A stretch of 64,000 bases of DNA from assembly GCA_965637545.1 (NCBI GenBank), contig OZ281499.1:9548001-9612000 (forward strand). The letters run 5' to 3'. The stretch comes from Phallusia mammillata (taxonomy: Eukaryota). Made by a program: the position numbers and the translations under genes. Below are positions 60,131 to 64,000 of this stretch, piece by piece (position 1 is the first letter of the stretch; each line of letters opens with the position of its first letter). The notes beneath the pieces are model-generated. The model was not told the origin of the DNA and ran no database searches. It was given only the letters and a program-made list of their open reading frames with translations.

Positions 60131-60854
60131 ATGTGAAATGATGCCTACACTCATGACACCTACACATAATATCTTGTACGTAATATGACGTAAACGGCTG
60201 ACAGACAGCAGTGATCTACATGAGCATATATCTTTACTCCGTGGGCGAATTAGACCCACGTATTGCGTCAGGACAAGGACGTATATACGCAGATTAAAGC
60301 CCATCTGCTATAAAAAAAAGTTCTAAATTGTTTGCGAAGTTGTGAAGCATAAAGAGATTAGTTGGTGTATAATAGAGTACAGAAGAGTTGTGTTTGTAGT
60401 TATGAATAGGGAAACAGAAAGCAGAAATCTGCGCAGTTTTATCCGTAAGTTAAAAACGTTTTCACGCACAATAATCTGAAGTTGGAAAAATTTGATTTCC
60501 ACACTGCCTTGCCTTTATCAAGCTGATACTACAAGTTGCATCACGTTGCACTAAACACATTGTGCCAAAAACTACAATTCTGACAACTGTAGTATATATC
60601 GTGGACTTTTAAACTCACAGAATAGCTGCCATTCAATCGTTTTTCACAAAAAAAAATATGCAAATTTTAGATCGCTTTTCGCAATCGATAACTGTCCTTT
60701 TCTCGTAAATACAAATTTTTGAGAAGCTCTTTCGGATTTGGCGATTTACGAAAACTAATAGTAAAGCATTGTTAATTTTTTTCTGTTTTGCTTTTGATGT
60801 GTATGGAAATATTTGCATAAATTAGCTATTTAATTATTTAATATTCAGATTACC

Positions 60855-61598
60855 ATGTCTCAAAGTGAAAATGAAGGGTACCCCTTAATACAACCTCGTG
60901 CTGGAGTATTTATTTACCATCGAAGAACCAACCTTCTAGTTATCTTCTTTTTGACCATGCTTCAACTGAGTCTTTGTTTGCTGTCAATTTTTTACAAAGA
61001 TGTGGATTTAGAAGCGACAACAGCGTAAGTGGCTTACTAAAACGGGTAGTGTGGCAGATATTTTCAATTTGGTAGTTATAAGGTTTACTTTTGTGTTTGT
61101 ATAACATTTTTATTAAATTGATAGGCACAATTTGAGTTTTGGCTTGGCGTTGCATTCGGCCATTTTCTCAGGATTGACGTTGATCTTTTCAATACTACTG
61201 CTCTGCACTTGCTGGAGTAATAAATGTTCCTCGGCGTTTGACGTGATGCTGAGTGGGCTGTCTGTGTCATACATCGCATCTGGTAACGCTAACTTCACAA
61301 GCATTATAACTGTCAGTTTGTGTTAAATAAATTAATACCATATACTCAACTATTTAAATATGTCACAATTGACCGTTAGTAATCTTGTGATATAGTACAT
61401 ATAAAATTGTAGCTTCAGCCTAATAATCATGCTTGTTTTTTAGGTTCGCCGGGCATTGTTGCTTTTGCCTTGTTTGTGTACACATTTAAAACAGAAATTT
61501 TTGGCCTTGGCTTTTGGGTCCACCTAACAGCTACTCTACTCTCTTTAGCCATTCACGCCCTGAAGAGAAAAATACTTTCAACAAATATCAACCATTAG
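60855..61598 (+). CDS. Minimal 160-aa member of the 4-TM family with a very short first extracellular loop
   Basis: Exons 60855-61024, 61125-61282 and 61444-61598 join in phase. TM1 LQLSLCLLSIF (cf. VQVTLCFIALI), LLLCTCW after TM2, FGLGFW before TM4. Confidence 0.75.
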
Positions 61599-62248
61599 AA
61601 TCTGTTGTTCAGTGATTTAAATCTGAAAATTTTCGCATGCAATTGTGAAATGTGTTAAACACAGCTTACTCATAAATTATATTTTTCCAATTTATGTCTC
61701 GTATTCGCACATGAATTTTTTTGATTGATTTTTTTACCTATTGACTTCATCTATAGCTACAATCTAAATTGGTTCTAATAGGATTTGATGTTGGTTTTGT
61801 GTCTATTCTTGTTTTAATGTCTATTTGATATGTGGAATTGATTTTGGTTCGATTTCGGACATTATTTTGGAATATTCAGTCGCTAATTAGGTACTGCTTT
61901 CTTGTTGCTAGAACCTTCAGCGATAGCTTGTTCTAAGGATACGACTGGTATTTTTATCCAACAATGAACAGAAGCCGTTCCTAGAATTCCTATTACGCAG
62001 TTATACTGAAAGGCTTCTGTAACATCACGGAACATTGATCTACTTTTCTGTGTTTATTCATTCTATAGTATATTATTGCACATCATATGTATCCATAAAA
62101 AGCAAGATCCAAATATTACAACATTCAGACTACTAAATTAATTATCAAAACATTTGCTGCCCAAAAAAAACTTCAACAGAAAAGAGAAAAAAAGTGTCGC
62201 CAGTAAAACAGGTTGCGTGCACAAATAAATATCACATTGTTATGTACA

Positions 62249-62790
62249 TTATTCCGATGCATCAATATCAGATGAGACAGTGGTTATCTTCACGTCTTTC
62301 TCCCAGGCATTGTAAATAATTCTGGGTCTTCTTGAATTTCCAGCTTCCACAGCTTCATCACCTTTGTAAGCAGATTCAGACAGAACCACTACTTTCGTAG
62401 TTTGTGTGCTTGACAACAACTTAAAGGGGAACAACCTTGTGCCGTAATCAGGAAAAGAACATATTAAAGCGGCCACGTTTAATATAAAGTTTCCATAGAC
62501 GAGATGCCCAATGAACATTTCCGAGACGCGACTTTTTAGATGTGGCGAAAATACTGTAATAACAGGAATTAATAGATCTGACACAACGCATACAGCAGCG
62601 GTGCTTGCTGAACGAACGTAGACCGTGTTGATAATAATTAGTTTGCTCCAAAACTTTTCATTCTTGAGGCTCTGCACCTGCACCAATCAACACAAACTAA
62701 CATTTGCCGTGGTGTAATTTCTATCTATCAATAAAGAAACCGACCAACAAGATGGAAAAAATAATGAACAGCAAAATGTACCCGTCAAAA
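62249..62790 (-). pseudogene. Decayed C-terminal part (TM5-TM7) of an orphan 7TM receptor-like gene
   Basis: Open frame with TAAVCVVSDLL (TM6-like) and LVYGNFILNVAALICSFPDYGTRLFPF (TM7-like), a pattern I recall from ascidian orphan 7TM families. An upstream TM5-like stretch GYILLFIIFSILLVGFF is out of frame and stops. Confidence 0.4.
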
Positions 62791-62985
62791 AATTGATTAA
62801 AGCGTTACGGAATTTAAATAAATAGAATGTTTCCATCTCTATAAAACGTGTTAATGTATGTTAAGTATTTACAAATATTGTTGCAATTAAAACAAACCTT
62901 TTTTCAGTTCGAGTTACAAATATATGCGCAGTTTAGTGGCAACAGAAACACCAATCAAGAATGAACCAAACAAGAATGTCATTAG

Positions 62986-63979
62986 TTAAATCACGAACCA
63001 ACCGAGAACCACGAGACCCATCGTCATCAAAATATTAATTTGTGCTGCGTCTTTAGCACCATTTGTTGTTGTTGTTGCTGCCGTAGTGGCAGTTCTTGTG
63101 TCGTAGTGCGTAGTGATTGTTGTTGATACTGTGGTTGTAGGTGTTGTTGTTGCTGTTGTGGTTGTAGGTGTTGTTGTTGATGCTGTGGTTGTAGGTGTTG
63201 TTGTTGCTGTTGTGGTTGTAGGTGTTGTTGTTGCTGTTGTGGTTGGAGCTGTTGCTGTTGTGGTTGTAGGTGTTGCTGTTACTGTTGTGGCTGTAGGTGT
63301 TGTTGTTAAGTTTGTAGTTGTTGTTGCTGTTGTCGTTACCGGTGTTGTGTTTCCCGTTACATTCAGTTCATCCACACTCAGCAAGTTACATTCGTCGTTT
63401 TGGCAACAGGCAGCCACACAGTTACTGTAAAAACACGTGTATTTTACTAATTATAGATATCTTCAAATCAAATCTGACTTTGGAAATTCGAAAAACTTGT
63501 TCATTGCTCTTTTTGGATCGAAGTTTATTTTTAGTTAATTATCTTCAGGTCGCTACTGTAAGTCCTTGGCCAGTCTAAACTTAAAAATAACTTACGTTCT
63601 GTTTCCACAAAGTCCGGCATCACAGGCAGCCGCTGTCTGACACGAAACTTCAACTTCTGAAACAGAAAGAAGTTTCGGTTTCAAACGACTTTCAATCGCA
63701 TTTCAGACAACTCACAAACAAGTGCTTTGTTTCTCGTTTAATTCAAATTTTACAAACCATCATCAACAATGTCTCCTTTCAGTTGTTTTAGTTAAGGACC
63801 AACCTTTTTGGTTCCCATCTTCTATTCTTCCACACTGATGGCCCGGAGCACAAGTGCTGAGTTGAGCAATATTTCCATCCGGTACAAGTTTTGTCAGACA
63901 GCGCACAATGTTGTTTATGTCAGGAACAGACCTAGCGTTGCACTGATCCGCATCAAAACAACATGCAGATACACAATTT
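62986..63979 (-). CDS. GPI-anchored Ly6/uPAR (three-finger) protein with at least two LU domains and a Thr-rich mucin stalk; 5' end outside window
   Basis: Exons 63804-63979, 63596-63656 and 62986-63424 join in phase. CCFDADQCN ends one domain, the next has 10 Cys ending CCQNDECN, then TTTPTTTTA repeats and NGA plus a hydrophobic terminus. Confidence 0.88.
63065..63345 (-). repeat. Coding Thr-rich tandem repeat (about 27-nt units, TTTPTTTTA)
   Basis: Repeated GTTGTGGTTGTAGGTGTTGTTGTTGCT units on the plus strand. Confidence 0.9.
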
Positions 63980-64000
63980 CTGAACAAGAAATGCGTGATT

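Noticed and set aside
63113-63430. Val-rich 105-aa plus-strand ORF resembling a membrane protein
   Set aside because: It is the antisense shadow of the Thr-rich mucin repeat.
1-64000. CRISPR array, rRNA or prokaryotic operon
   Set aside because: No regularly spaced repeat-spacer units or rRNA motifs; spliced genes and eukaryotic transposons dominate.

Overview
AT-rich eukaryotic genomic DNA with short GT-AG introns. It is most consistent with an ascidian tunicate, because an exact match to the 16-nt Ciona-type spliced leader lies at 15448-15463; the species cannot be fixed from sequence alone. All exon models were built by hand from splice sites and reading phase. Left to right: (1) four intronless insect-aaNAT-like GNAT genes ending in SKL/TKL/SKL/TRL; (2) a multi-exon secreted protein with a galaxin-like CC repeat and a long coiled-coil region; (3) a secreted protein with two invertebrate WSC-like domains; (4) two intact tandem CHST-like carbohydrate sulfotransferases; (5) an intact 4-kb Mag-type Ty3/gypsy LTR retrotransposon; (6) a cluster of claudin/PMP22-like 4-TM genes (two intact, one pseudogene, one orphan exon); (7) a decayed 7TM fragment; (8) the 3' part of a GPI-anchored Ly6/uPAR-mucin gene. 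Interspersed are ten hAT non-autonomous elements (most with 8-bp TSDs), a tRNA-derived SINE and two families of short hammerhead-ribozyme-like repeats. The most unusual signals are the genomic spliced leader without a GT donor, the hammerhead repeats, and the PTS1-bearing aaNAT array with non-canonical active-site residues. No CRISPR array, rRNA or functional tRNA was seen.
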